Shown: positions 1-10,149 of the stretch, in pieces
How positions within the stretch are numbered: position 1 is the stretch's first letter
How the letters are laid out: each line of letters begins with the position of its first letter
Assembly: GCF_001677475.2 (NCBI RefSeq)
Contig: NZ_CP015229.1
DNA from: Escherichia coli
Lineage (GTDB): Bacteria; Pseudomonadota; Gammaproteobacteria; Enterobacterales; Enterobacteriaceae
Direction: 5' to 3' (one strand)
DNA length: 64,000 nucleotides
Notes under the pieces: model-generated
Databases searched by the model: none
Seen by the model: the letters and a program-made list of their open reading frames with translations, nothing else
Told to the model about the DNA's origin: nothing
Translations under genes and position numbers: made by a program

Positions 1-15
1 AGAAAATATTGAAAA

Positions 16-2088
16 TTATTGTGTGTAAATGTCTCCCTTTAAAAAGTCTGGCCAGTTTTTTTCAAAGTAAATACCGTTAATACACGGTTGCATACGTAAA
101 GACTTTACTTCGGTAATAAAAGAACCTTGCGAATATTGAATTGTTAATTTGTGATTTTTATCTTCAGCGAGTTCAGAGCGAAAACGCCATTCTTCTTTTA
201 CGCCGCGACGAGTTTGTGGTAGGCATTTGCCTTGTGGATCAATAACCATCCGCGCCCCACGACTGCCGCCACCAGCATCAATATAATGCGTTAATTGTGT
301 TAATACCGCGGCAGAAGTCAGCGCCATATGCCGCCACATAAACAGCTCGGAAACTTCACCCACATGTTTGATTGCCAATCCATGCCGTTGGACAAATTCG
401 TTCAATAGCAGGGCATCGCGAGTGGCGCGTCGGACTTTATCGGCATGGCAAATAAATCCCGCATAGTCAGACATTCGTGCCTGAATTTTTTCTCTCACAA
501 CCGACAACGGCATCCCGGTCCCGTTATCGTGCGCCTGAGTAATGATCTCTCTTATAGAAGCCAGTGCCGGAGCTGCCAGCTGTGCTATATCTCCATCAAT
601 ATTCCGCTTTTGCGTGCAACCAATAAAACGTGCCAGACGCACGGCAAAAACCTGCCCGGCATTCAATGCCGCACCACCAGGGCGAGTGACGCCGTGTGTG
701 CCAGCAACTTCCCCCACTGCAAAACAACCGGGCAGAGATGTTTGTCCCCAGATATCCACTTCAATGCCGCCATTCATATGCTGATTATTCATGGCAAACT
801 GCAATGGCTGCGTGGTGAGATCGTAACCGTGCATCTTATACAGCGAGATAGACAGCGGATTCATTCGTTGCAGTCGTTCGATGGGCGATGGCGCCAGGGC
901 GTCGTTATTTTCCAGATACGCGCGAACGTCGTCGTCCAGTCGTTCTAATGAGAATGGCAGGTCACCCGGCACAGGTTCAGGATTGCGATTGAAATCCATA
1001 AATACCTGACGCCCTGATTGCTGCTCTTGCGCCACCGCCATATCTAACAAGCTGGAGCCAAAATCCATTACCCGCGTGGCGTGGAACGGCCACTGATAGC
1101 CTTTACGGAAGATGTTTGAAGCCAGCTCCTGGGTGGTGCGATAGTAATCTGCGAGGAAGTTATACTCGTTGCCCTCGGCATCCACGGAATAGATATATGG
1201 GATCACTTGTACATAGGTGCCGGACAAATTCCACGGAAACGTGCTGCGCGGCGTGCCTATACCAAACTGGCTTTCGGTCAGATTAGTTAGTGTCAGGCCT
1301 TCCTCCAGCGCCAGCCCCAGCGAGCCAAAACATTTGTGTGGGTACACACTGTCGCGATAAAGCTCGCCCGGCCCGCCTGTTGCCAGTACCACATTGGGCG
1401 CAGTCACAATTGCCAGCCCCCACGGGTTATGGGCGCGGGAACCGGTTGCGAGGATAGCCCCGGCCACACGATCTTCGCCGTTTTCACCGCGTTGATGCAG
1501 CAGTTTAATCACCGTTGCACTGGTCAACAGTGGGATGGCGAGGCGCTGCACTTCTTCGAGCAATACTTTCACCATCAGACGAGAAGTGCGCGGCCCACAG
1601 GAGGTTGCGCGTCCGGCTTCGTCATGGTCGGTCTGATAACGGAGAATTGCACCATAGCGATCTTCCGGTAATTCCAGACCGAGATATTGCAGCCCGCCAA
1701 GGGTATGTAGGGAACCGACCGCTTCGACATACGCCGTGTCGTGATCCATCGCACCGCCGCTCGCCAGTGCTTCAGCAAGTTTTGCGAAGTTATCGCCGTT
1801 GCCCGCCGTTGCGGCGGTAAACAGCGTCTGTTTATCGGAACCGGAGCAGGCCGATGTTCCCATGTATAACCCGGCGGTGGCGATTAGCACATTTTGCTGG
1901 CGACGTTTCAGTTCAACCGCCGCACGTAATCCTGCCGCGCCGCTACCAACGACCAGAGCATCTGTTTGCCAGAGCGGGTAATCAACACCGTCCACCGTGA
2001 CAATTGACGTTGGCTCTGCTGACACAAAACCCTTCGGGAAAGTGACGTGCGTCAGCGCATCGAGGATGGCGTCATCAGTCTGGCTCAT
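16..2088 (-). CDS. FAD-dependent oxidoreductase, fumarate reductase/succinate dehydrogenase flavoprotein-like (KstD/TcuA-type), 690 aa
   Basis: Full-length ORF; Rossmann motif VVGSGAAG about 45 aa from the N-terminus followed by a GTSACSGS motif; start overlaps the stop of the upstream CoA-transferase gene by 4 bp. Confidence 0.7.
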   Translation of the reverse strand: MSQTDDAILDALTHVTFPKGFVSAEPTSIVTVDGVDYPLWQTDALVVGSGAAGLRAAVELKRRQQNVLIATAGLYMGTSACSGSDKQTLFTAATAGNGDNFAKLAEALASGGAMDHDTAYVEAVGSLHTLGGLQYLGLELPEDRYGAILRYQTDHDEAGRATSCGPRTSRLMVKVLLEEVQRLAIPLLTSATVIKLLHQRGENGEDRVAGAILATGSRAHNPWGLAIVTAPNVVLATGGPGELYRDSVYPHKCFGSLGLALEEGLTLTNLTESQFGIGTPRSTFPWNLSGTYVQVIPYIYSVDAEGNEYNFLADYYRTTQELASNIFRKGYQWPFHATRVMDFGSSLLDMAVAQEQQSGRQVFMDFNRNPEPVPGDLPFSLERLDDDVRAYLENNDALAPSPIERLQRMNPLSISLYKMHGYDLTTQPLQFAMNNQHMNGGIEVDIWGQTSLPGCFAVGEVAGTHGVTRPGGAALNAGQVFAVRLARFIGCTQKRNIDGDIAQLAAPALASIREIITQAHDNGTGMPLSVVREKIQARMSDYAGFICHADKVRRATRDALLLNEFVQRHGLAIKHVGEVSELFMWRHMALTSAAVLTQLTHYIDAGGGSRGARMVIDPQGKCLPQTRRGVKEEWRFRSELAEDKNHKLTIQYSQGSFITEVKSLRMQPCINGIYFEKNWPDFLKGDIYTQ

Positions 2089-3626
2089 GCGTCCTCCATT
2101 GGCGTAAACAGGCTACTTTCCATCAGGCGCGGCTGGTTGATAATTGGACGGAAAGCCATGAACGGCAGAATGTCGCGGTCAATCTCCACGCCCGGCGCGA
2201 TTTCAATTAATTCAACGCCTTCTGCCGTTAACTGAAACACCGCGCGTTCAGTGATATACAACACTTCCTGACCGCTGTGCTGTGCGTAGGCGGCGCTAAA
2301 AGTGATTTTTTCCACCTGAGTAACCAGTTTAGGGATTTGACCTGACTGGGCGATATGCAAGCCATCTGGCGTTACATCAATCTTGCTGCCTTTGGCGTCG
2401 AACGTGCCGCAGAACACCACCTTACGGGCGTTTTGCGCAATTTCGAGAAATCCGCCGGGGCCAATCAGATTGCCATTGAGATGGGAGACGTTGACGTTAC
2501 CGTACTGATCCATCTCTCCCATGCCGAGGAAGGTGATATCGATCCCTCCGCCACTGTAGAACTCAAATTGATCGAGTGATGGAATAATGGCATCGGCGTT
2601 GCGGGCGCAGCCGAAAAACGCATCATCCAGCATCATACCGTTATGCACGCCTTGCTCGACGCTCAGCCATAAACTTTGGTAAGGCACGCCTTCGCGCAGC
2701 GCTACTCCTGGAATGCCGCCGGGAATACCAAAGCCAAAGTTGGTTGAAGCGCCAGCTACCAGTTCGCGTGCTGCCCGACGGGCAATCAGGCGACGTACCG
2801 GATGACTAACCAGTTCAATAGCGTCGTTAGAACTCAGACGGCGATGTTGGCCGCTGATGGTCAGGTCGTAACCGCCAAGATAGGTTTGTGGCTGTTCGCG
2901 GTGTTCAACGATGCCATCAACCAGAATGCCCGGTAATTTGACTCGGCGTGGTTCAATCGCGCCAGCTTCCAGCACATCGCGTACCTGTACAAACACTTTG
3001 CCGCCGCTGTTGTGTGCTGCCAGCGCCATGGAATAGCTATCCATATCAATCGCTTCTTCTTCAAGGCTGACGTTGCCCCGAGGATCGGCATAAGTGCCAC
3101 GCAAAATCGCGTAATCGACTTTGAAAGGGCGATAACGAAGTTTGGTTTCACCGTCGATTTCAATCAGTTCTACCAGGTCGTCGGTAGTGCATTCATTCGA
3201 CTTACCGCCGCCATTGCGTGGATCAACAAACGATCCCAGCCCAACGTGGGTAAAAAGCCCCGGACGTCCGGCGCCGATCTCCCGTAGCAGTGCCTGAATC
3301 ACGCCACCAGGAAAACAATAGGCTTCAATCGCGTTATTTTTTACCAGCGCCTGCATTTTGGGTGACCAGGTAAAGTGTCCGGCAATAATGCGTTTGAGCA
3401 TTTCAGCATGAGCGAAGCGGTTCGTGCCTTTGCAGTCGCGATCGCCAATGCCCAGCGAGTGGATTAATGTCAGATCGCGCGGGTGTCCGGTTTGCAGGAA
3501 GCGCGCTTCAATGGCTGCCAGAATATGGTCGGCTTCCACCATGCCGCCGCCGTTACCGCTAATGGCAATGGTTGCGCCATCCTGAATTTGCGCCGCCAGT
3601 GCCTCGGCGGTTGTTATCTTACGCAT
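2085..3626 (-). CDS. Family I CoA-transferase (acetyl-CoA hydrolase/transferase-like, fused subunits), 513 aa
   Basis: ORF with N-terminal AISGNGGG and a central glycine-rich region typical of fused CoA-transferases; 9-bp spacing to the upstream gene. Confidence 0.7.
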   Translation of the reverse strand: MRKITTAEALAAQIQDGATIAISGNGGGMVEADHILAAIEARFLQTGHPRDLTLIHSLGIGDRDCKGTNRFAHAEMLKRIIAGHFTWSPKMQALVKNNAIEAYCFPGGVIQALLREIGAGRPGLFTHVGLGSFVDPRNGGGKSNECTTDDLVELIEIDGETKLRYRPFKVDYAILRGTYADPRGNVSLEEEAIDMDSYSMALAAHNSGGKVFVQVRDVLEAGAIEPRRVKLPGILVDGIVEHREQPQTYLGGYDLTISGQHRRLSSNDAIELVSHPVRRLIARRAARELVAGASTNFGFGIPGGIPGVALREGVPYQSLWLSVEQGVHNGMMLDDAFFGCARNADAIIPSLDQFEFYSGGGIDITFLGMGEMDQYGNVNVSHLNGNLIGPGGFLEIAQNARKVVFCGTFDAKGSKIDVTPDGLHIAQSGQIPKLVTQVEKITFSAAYAQHSGQEVLYITERAVFQLTAEGVELIEIAPGVEIDRDILPFMAFRPIINQPRLMESSLFTPMEDA

Positions 3627-3635
3627 ACAATTTCC

Positions 3636-4412
3636 TTAGTGATTATGGAAGCTCACGCTACTTTTTTCGGCAAATGCCTGCGTCGCCTGCTGGCAATCCT
3701 GAGTGGCGGACATTAATCCAGCCAGTAACTGGTGTGGGTATTCAGCGTGTTTATTTTCCAGTGCCAGAATCAGCTGCTTAATATGCGCCAGTGCCACCGG
3801 ACCACATTTTTCCAGCTGCGCTAACTGGTTCGCCATCCAGCTTTCCACCTGTTCTTTTTCTACTACTTCATCAATTAAATTCGCCGCCTGGGCTTCATGC
3901 GCCGTCAGACGTTTACCTAGCATCAGCATCTGGCGACCGACCACTGGGCCGACCTGATTAATCACGCGTTCAATGCCCATCCAGCCAGGCACCATGCCGA
4001 GCATGACTTCCGGGTTAGAAAATTTCGCGCTGGGGCGAGCGATTCGAATATCGCAGCACAAGGCAAGTTCAATACCGCCGCCGATGGTATGACCGTTGAG
4101 ATTCGCAACCGTTAATTGCGGTAAATTGCGCAGGCGATTAAAAACGTCATTGCCGCGTTTAATCCATTTTCTGCCCATATCTAATGGCGAATAGGCCGAC
4201 CACGATTTAATATCACCGCCCGCACAAAAGAATTTATCGCCGATTGCCGTTAATTCGACTAATCGTAATGTGGTGTCGTTTTCAATTTCATTTAAATAAT
4301 GGTCGAGAGATTCAATCATCTCTTCGTTAATAGCATGACATTTCTCTTCACGGTTCAACGTCAGGCGGCAGGAAGCCGCCGCTCTGCTGAACAGAACGGG
4401 TTGGTCACTCAT
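3636..4412 (-). CDS. Enoyl-CoA hydratase/isomerase (crotonase fold), 258 aa
   Basis: ORF with crotonase-like motifs (FCAGGDI, HTIGGGIELAL). Confidence 0.75.
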   Translation of the reverse strand: MSDQPVLFSRAAASCRLTLNREEKCHAINEEMIESLDHYLNEIENDTTLRLVELTAIGDKFFCAGGDIKSWSAYSPLDMGRKWIKRGNDVFNRLRNLPQLTVANLNGHTIGGGIELALCCDIRIARPSAKFSNPEVMLGMVPGWMGIERVINQVGPVVGRQMLMLGKRLTAHEAQAANLIDEVVEKEQVESWMANQLAQLEKCGPVALAHIKQLILALENKHAEYPHQLLAGLMSATQDCQQATQAFAEKSSVSFHNH

Positions 4413-4421
4413 GATTATTCC

Positions 4422-5264
4422 TTAGCAATAATTCGCGATGCGATCGACGCTAATATCCAGCGTGTTGTTAATATCTTTCTGCCACCAGTACGGTGAGAAT
4501 ATTTCCAGTTCAATAGCGCCATTAAATCCGGCGTTTTCAACCAGTCGACGAATTGACGGAATATTTATCACGCCATCTCCCGGCATTCCCCGGTCATTGA
4601 CCAGATCGGTGGTCGGCACTAACCAGTCGGAAACATGAAACGCGAGAATACGTTTTCCGGCGCGCAGGAGCTGGCTGGCCAGATCCGGATCCCACCAGAC
4701 ATGGTAAACATCCACAGCCACGCCGAGGCCAAATTCGCCATCGGGATCGAGTTCATCACACCAGTCCAGCGCCTGGCGTAACGTGCACAGGCAAGAGCGA
4801 TCGGCGGCGGTCATTGGGTGCAGTGGCTCCAGCGCAATCGGCACGCCAACGTCTTTCGAATGTGGCAGTAACTGGCGTATCCCTTGTTTCACCTGTTCCC
4901 GTGCTTCATACAGATCTTTTGTGCCCTGCGGTAACCCGCCAACCACCTGCATATAACAGGCGGCGTTCAGCACCGCTGCGTCGTCCAGCGCCCGGCGGTT
5001 ATCATCAATTGCCAGTTTGCGTTCCGCCAGCGTCGGCGCGGTGTAGTAGGTGCTACGGCATAAACCGGAAACGCGCATGTTATTGACGGCAAGCTGGCGG
5101 GCGATCTGCTGAAGATCTTCACCCTGCAACTCTCTGCGCCAGGGGGCGATCGCACCGATACCGCGTGCGGCACAGGCATCAATAATGGCGGGTAGCGGCG
5201 TTTTATAGCCCAGTGTTGCGGTATTGATACTGAATAAATCCGGGCGTTGTAACAGATCTCTCAT
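4422..5264 (-). CDS. Sugar phosphate isomerase/epimerase (xylose isomerase-like TIM barrel), 280 aa
   Basis: ORF whose translation resembles the AP-endonuclease-2/xylose-isomerase-like TIM-barrel family. Confidence 0.65.
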   Translation of the reverse strand: MRDLLQRPDLFSINTATLGYKTPLPAIIDACAARGIGAIAPWRRELQGEDLQQIARQLAVNNMRVSGLCRSTYYTAPTLAERKLAIDDNRRALDDAAVLNAACYMQVVGGLPQGTKDLYEAREQVKQGIRQLLPHSKDVGVPIALEPLHPMTAADRSCLCTLRQALDWCDELDPDGEFGLGVAVDVYHVWWDPDLASQLLRAGKRILAFHVSDWLVPTTDLVNDRGMPGDGVINIPSIRRLVENAGFNGAIELEIFSPYWWQKDINNTLDISVDRIANYC

Positions 5265-5273
5265 GATTCAGCC

Positions 5274-6065
5274 TCAGAAGCGCGGCATACTTAAGCCGCC
5301 GTCGATGGCGACCGCCTGACCACAGGTGTAAATCAGTTTACCTTCCGCCATCGCGCGGACGGTGGAGGCAATATCAGCCGGATAACCCCAACGTCCCCAC
5401 GGCACCAGACCTTTGGCAATCAGTTCGTCGTAATAAGCCGTTGCTGGAATAGTCATATCGGTTTTGATGAGACCAGGGCGCACTTCATAGACGCCAATTT
5501 GTTCGTTGCAAAGGCGAGCAGCAAACAGACGAGCAGCGGCAGAAACGGCGGTTTTGGCAATTGTGTATTCGCCGCGATTCATCGCCAGCATGATGGCGTT
5601 GATGGAACTGACAAAAATAATTGAGCGGTGCGGGAATTCTGTTTCTGGTTTTGGCTGTGCGAGCAGACGTTTACTGAATGCCTGTGCAAGGAAGAACGGT
5701 GCGCGGGTGTTAATGGCAATATTTTGGTCGAAGCTGTCTGGTTCCAGGTCGAGAAGGTCACCGCGTTTTTTCACTGAAATGCCTGCGTTGTTGAGCAGGC
5801 AGTCCAGACGTCCCCACTGGTTTTGCGCTGCGTCGAGCATCTCTTCATGCAGGGAGAGATCGCCAACATCGGCAGGGAAGCAAATCACTTCCACGCCTTC
5901 CGCCAGACATTCTTGTTGTGTGACATGTAATTTTTCAACGCTATCGGCATCCGGACGATCATTAATCAGCAGATTAAATCCGCCACGCGCAAGCTCCAGC
6001 GCACAGCCCTTTCCAATACCACGAGCGGCTCCGGTAATCACGGCAACAGGACGAGTGGATTTCAT
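5274..6065 (-). CDS. Short-chain dehydrogenase/reductase (SDR), 263 aa
   Basis: N-terminal TGAARGIG cofactor motif and YxxxK catalytic motif (YTIAK); first gene of the five-gene operon. Confidence 0.8.
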   Translation of the reverse strand: MKSTRPVAVITGAARGIGKGCALELARGGFNLLINDRPDADSVEKLHVTQQECLAEGVEVICFPADVGDLSLHEEMLDAAQNQWGRLDCLLNNAGISVKKRGDLLDLEPDSFDQNIAINTRAPFFLAQAFSKRLLAQPKPETEFPHRSIIFVSSINAIMLAMNRGEYTIAKTAVSAAARLFAARLCNEQIGVYEVRPGLIKTDMTIPATAYYDELIAKGLVPWGRWGYPADIASTVRAMAEGKLIYTCGQAVAIDGGLSMPRF

Positions 6066-6133
6066 ACAATAGCTCTCTTTTTTTGAATTTTGTTTCCTTA
6101 GTGATGATTAGCTTGCGACTGGAGGATAAAAAG

Positions 6134-6155
6134 ATCAACCATCTAGTTGGTTGAT
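6134..6155. promoter_or_regulatory. Perfect 8-bp inverted repeat ATCAACCA-tctagt-TGGTTGAT in the divergent SDR/TetR promoter region; candidate TetR operator
   Basis: Palindrome read directly from the sequence; position between divergently transcribed regulator and operon. Confidence 0.4.
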
Positions 6156-6277
6156 ATGCGATGACGATCACAGGACATTTGATAACCTGATGAAAGTACA
6201 AGTTTTTGCCCTTTTTTCTGAAGCTGAAATCAAATCAGGTTATGATAGTCACCACGAAGAGGTCGTGGGGAAGCGTT

Positions 6278-6925
6278 ATGTATATTGATACCAGCAACGT
6301 ACAGAGCCTGAAGGAAAAGCTGCTGTTATGCGCGGTTAATGAATTTGCCGAATATGGTTATGAAGGGGCCAGGGTCGATAATATTGTTAAGTCTGCGGGG
6401 TGTAGTAAACAGACGGTTTATCACCACTTTGGTAATAAAGAAAATTTATTTATTGAAGTACTGGAATATACCTGGAACGATATTCGAAAAAAAGAAAAGG
6501 CCCTTGATTTCTCAGATCTTCCGCCACAAAAAGCCATTGAGAAAATTATTGATTTTACATGGGATTATTATATTGCTAATCCCTGGTTTTTAAAAATTGT
6601 GCATAGTGAAAATCAAAGTAAAGGTGTGCATTATGCAAAATCACAGCGTCTCTTAGAAATTAACCATGCGCACTTGCAGTTAATGGAATCCTTATTGGAG
6701 GAAGGGAAGAAACACAATATTTTTAAGCCAGATATCGACCCATTGCAGGTGAATATTAATATTGCTGCGCTTGGGGGATATTATTTGATCAACCAGCATA
6801 CGCTTGGCCTGGTTTATCACATCAGTATGGTTTCACCCCAGGCACTGGAAGCCAGACGTAAGGTCATCAAAGAGACGCTCCTTAGCTGGCTTTTGGTTGA
6901 CCCCTCATCTACCGCGCACGAATAA
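6278..6925 (+). CDS. TetR/AcrR-family transcriptional regulator (intact counterpart of the K-12 ytfA fragment, by recollection)
   Basis: N-terminal HTH region ([27 protein letters not shown]); ATG at 6278 preceded by a GGGGAAG Shine-Dalgarno-like sequence; the track ORF begins further upstream at a TTG. Confidence 0.75.
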   Translation: MYIDTSNVQSLKEKLLLCAVNEFAEYGYEGARVDNIVKSAGCSKQTVYHHFGNKENLFIEVLEYTWNDIRKKEKALDFSDLPPQKAIEKIIDFTWDYYIANPWFLKIVHSENQSKGVHYAKSQRLLEINHAHLQLMESLLEEGKKHNIFKPDIDPLQVNINIAALGGYYLINQHTLGLVYHISMVSPQALEARRKVIKETLLSWLLVDPSSTAHE

Positions 6926-7547
6926 AACTGCCATCCGGCTGACGGGTAAACAGGACCTGTTGATTATTCCCCGTATCAATGGTTAAGCCCGTCACCACGC
7001 CGCTGGCGTTCTGGCGGATTTTCACCATCTGCCCGTTTTGCAAATTACTCAGCGGCTTATCCGCGCCTTCTACCTGCGCCATTGCATAGACATCGGTAGC
7101 GGGCAGTCCGTGGTCGCGGAACAGCTGCGCCATCGTTTTACCGGGTTCGACACGGTAAGAGCGCCATTGATTATCAATTCCGCTATCTGGCTGGAATGGT
7201 TGCGTTTGGGTGGTTTGCGGCTGCTCTTCTGGCTGGCCTTCCTGTATTGGTTCTGGAGCGACCGGGGCCACCTGATCAGGATCATTTTGTGGCGTAACTA
7301 GCTGCGCCCGCAGCTGTTCTTCTGTCGGCAGTTGTGATTGCGACTGAATATCTAACTGCGCTTCACGCGTCACCACCGGCGCGTTGGGCGTATCATCAGA
7401 TGGAAGCAGAAATCCGACCACCAATACAATGGCGGCAATAATGATCCCCCGACGATGCATCGGCGGCAGCGGGTCCATGAAGCGAAAATTGTCCGGCGCG
7501 TGCCAGACTTTCTCCAGGGTTGGTTTTAGTTCAAAGCGCCCGGGCAT
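6909..7547 (-). CDS. ytfB: YtfB, OapA/LysM-domain cell-division-associated protein
   Basis: Translation matches the recalled YtfB (212 aa from MPGRFELKP); the track ORF is extended upstream. Confidence 0.85.
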   Translation of the reverse strand: MPGRFELKPTLEKVWHAPDNFRFMDPLPPMHRRGIIIAAIVLVVGFLLPSDDTPNAPVVTREAQLDIQSQSQLPTEEQLRAQLVTPQNDPDQVAPVAPEPIQEGQPEEQPQTTQTQPFQPDSGIDNQWRSYRVEPGKTMAQLFRDHGLPATDVYAMAQVEGADKPLSNLQNGQMVKIRQNASGVVTGLTIDTGNNQQVLFTRQPDGSFIRAR

Positions 7548-7764
7548 GGTTTCCTCCTGCTCCGCGTCTTGTTCCTCAATCATAGCCTATGAATAAGCTA
7601 ACGCTATGATGTCCGTGGTAAACCCGCCTTTATTATATTCATACGGGATATTGCTATTGTTTCTTTTTCCCCGGGATTTGTCATCATTCCCGCGACAAAG
7701 TTTTACCCAAAGAAGTGTGGCTGATATGCTGCCCGCTACTTTATACCCTAAGAAAGGAAATACG

Positions 7765-8385
7765 ATGACCACCCCAACTTTTGACACCATCGAAGCGCAA
7801 GCAAGCTACGGCATTGGTTTGCAGGTAGGGCAACAACTGAGTGAATCTGGCCTGGAAGGGCTGCTGCCAGAAGCACTGGTTGCAGGCATTGCTGATGCGC
7901 TGGAAGGCAAACATCCGGCTGTTCCGGTTGATGTGGTGCACCGCGCGCTGCGTGAAATCCACGAACGCGCCGATGCCGTTCGTCGTCAGCGTTTCCAGGC
8001 GATGGCTGCTGAAGGTGTGAAATACCTGGAAGAAAACGCCAAAAAAGAAGGTGTAAATAGCACCGAATCTGGCCTGCAATTCCGCGTGATCAACCAGGGT
8101 GAAGGCGCAATTCCGGCACGTACCGACCGCGTTCGTGTTCATTACACCGGAAAACTGATCGACGGCACCGTGTTTGACAGCTCCGTCGCTCGCGGCGAGC
8201 CAGCTGAATTCCCGGTTAACGGCGTGATCCCTGGCTGGATTGAAGCACTGACTCTGATGCCGGTAGGTTCTAAATGGGAACTGACTATCCCGCAGGAACT
8301 GGCATATGGCGAGCGTGGCGCAGGCGCGTCCATCCCTCCGTTCAGCACCCTGGTGTTTGAAGTCGAACTGCTGGAAATCCTCTAA
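7765..8385 (+). CDS. fklB: FKBP-type peptidyl-prolyl cis-trans isomerase FklB
   Basis: 206-aa product starting [15 protein letters not shown] at 7765 inside the longer track ORF. Confidence 0.92.
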
Positions 8386-8692
8386 GCAGCGCATTCTGTT
8401 CCCCTCGAGCCAGAGGGGAGCAGGCATTCAGCAATAAACCCTTCAGTTTGCCAAACGGCGCTATTTTGTGTTGCAAAGACCCCGTAAGCGTGTATTTTTG
8501 TGAGCTGTTTCGCGTTATCACCGTGATATGACACTCACTTTAAACATAAAATTAACATTAGATCTAAATCTTAGTATTCATCCCGCGTATTGTTACCTAA
8601 TATCGATGAGTCCCGATACAGATTCGTCGTATCATAGACTGACTAAAGGCCGTAGAGCCTGAACAACACAGACAGGTACAGGAAGAAAAAAC

Positions 8693-10105
8693 ATGGTAGA
8701 TCAGGTAAAAGTCGTTGCCGATGATCAGGCTCCGGCTGAACAGTCGCTACGGCGCAATCTCACAAACCGACATATTCAGCTTATTGCCATTGGCGGTGCC
8801 ATTGGCACAGGGTTGTTTATGGGGTCCGGCAAAACGATTAGCCTTGCCGGGCCGTCGATCATTTTCGTTTATATGATCATTGGTTTTATGCTCTTTTTCG
8901 TGATGCGGGCAATGGGGGAATTGCTGCTTTCGAATCTGGAATACAAATCTTTTAGTGACTTCGCTTCCGATTTACTCGGGCCGTGGGCAGGATATTTCAC
9001 CGGCTGGACTTACTGGTTCTGCTGGGTTGTAACCGGTATGGCAGACGTGGTGGCGATCACGGCTTATGCTCAGTTCTGGTTCCCCGATCTCTCCGACTGG
9101 GTCGCCTCGCTGGCGGTGATAGTGCTGCTGCTGACGCTCAACCTCGCCACCGTGAAAATGTTCGGTGAGATGGAGTTCTGGTTTGCGATGATCAAAATCG
9201 TCGCCATTGTGTCGCTGATTGTCGTCGGCCTGGTCATGGTGGCGATGCACTTTCAGTCACCGACCGGTGTGGAAGCGTCATTCGCGCATTTGTGGAATGA
9301 CGGCGGCTGGTTCCCGAAAGGTTTAAGTGGCTTCTTTGCCGGATTCCAGATAGCGGTTTTCGCTTTCGTGGGGATTGAGCTGGTAGGTACAACAGCTGCG
9401 GAAACCAAAGATCCAGAGAAATCACTGCCACGCGCGATTAACTCAATTCCGATCCGTATCATTATGTTCTACGTCTTCGCGCTGATTGTGATTATGTCCG
9501 TGACGCCGTGGAGTTCGGTAGTCCCGGAGAAAAGCCCGTTTGTTGAACTGTTCGTGTTGGTGGGTCTGCCTGCTGCCGCCAGCGTGATCAACTTTGTGGT
9601 GCTGACCTCTGCCGCTTCTTCCGCTAACAGCGGCGTCTTCTCTACCAGTCGTATGCTGTTTGGTCTGGCGCAGGAAGGTGTGGCACCGAAAGCGTTCGCT
9701 AAACTCTCTAAGCGCGCAGTACCCGCGAAAGGGCTGACCTTCTCTTGTATCTGTCTGCTCGGCGGCGTGGTGATGCTGTATGTGAATCCCAGCGTGATTG
9801 GCGCGTTTACGATGATTACAACCGTTTCCGCGATTCTGTTTATGTTCGTCTGGACGATTATCCTTTGCTCGTACCTGGTGTATCGCAAACAGCGTCCGCA
9901 CCTGCATGAGAAATCAATCTACAAGATGCCGCTCGGCAAGCTGATGTGCTGGGTATGTATGGCATTCTTTGTGTTCGTGGTCGTGCTGCTGACACTGGAA
10001 GATGATACCCGCCAGGCGCTGCTGGTTACCCCGCTGTGGTTTATCGCTCTGGGGCTGGGCTGGTTGTTTATTGGTAAGAAGCGGGCTGCTGAACTGCGGA
10101 AATAA
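8693..10105 (+). CDS. cycA: D-serine/D-alanine/glycine transporter CycA (APC family)
   Basis: 470-aa multi-pass membrane ORF; synteny. Confidence 0.95.
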   Translation: MVDQVKVVADDQAPAEQSLRRNLTNRHIQLIAIGGAIGTGLFMGSGKTISLAGPSIIFVYMIIGFMLFFVMRAMGELLLSNLEYKSFSDFASDLLGPWAGYFTGWTYWFCWVVTGMADVVAITAYAQFWFPDLSDWVASLAVIVLLLTLNLATVKMFGEMEFWFAMIKIVAIVSLIVVGLVMVAMHFQSPTGVEASFAHLWNDGGWFPKGLSGFFAGFQIAVFAFVGIELVGTTAAETKDPEKSLPRAINSIPIRIIMFYVFALIVIMSVTPWSSVVPEKSPFVELFVLVGLPAAASVINFVVLTSAASSANSGVFSTSRMLFGLAQEGVAPKAFAKLSKRAVPAKGLTFSCICLLGGVVMLYVNPSVIGAFTMITTVSAILFMFVWTIILCSYLVYRKQRPHLHEKSIYKMPLGKLMCWVCMAFFVFVVVLLTLEDDTRQALLVTPLWFIALGLGWLFIGKKRAAELRK

Positions 10106-10149
10106 CCGCATTATCATGCTGGATGGCGCAATGCCATCCAGCTTTTAGA

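Noticed and set aside
6206-6277. Upstream TTG start giving a 239-aa TetR ORF
   Set aside because: The ATG at 6278 has a better Shine-Dalgarno context and gives a typical TetR length with the HTH near the N-terminus; the extension would overlap the operator region
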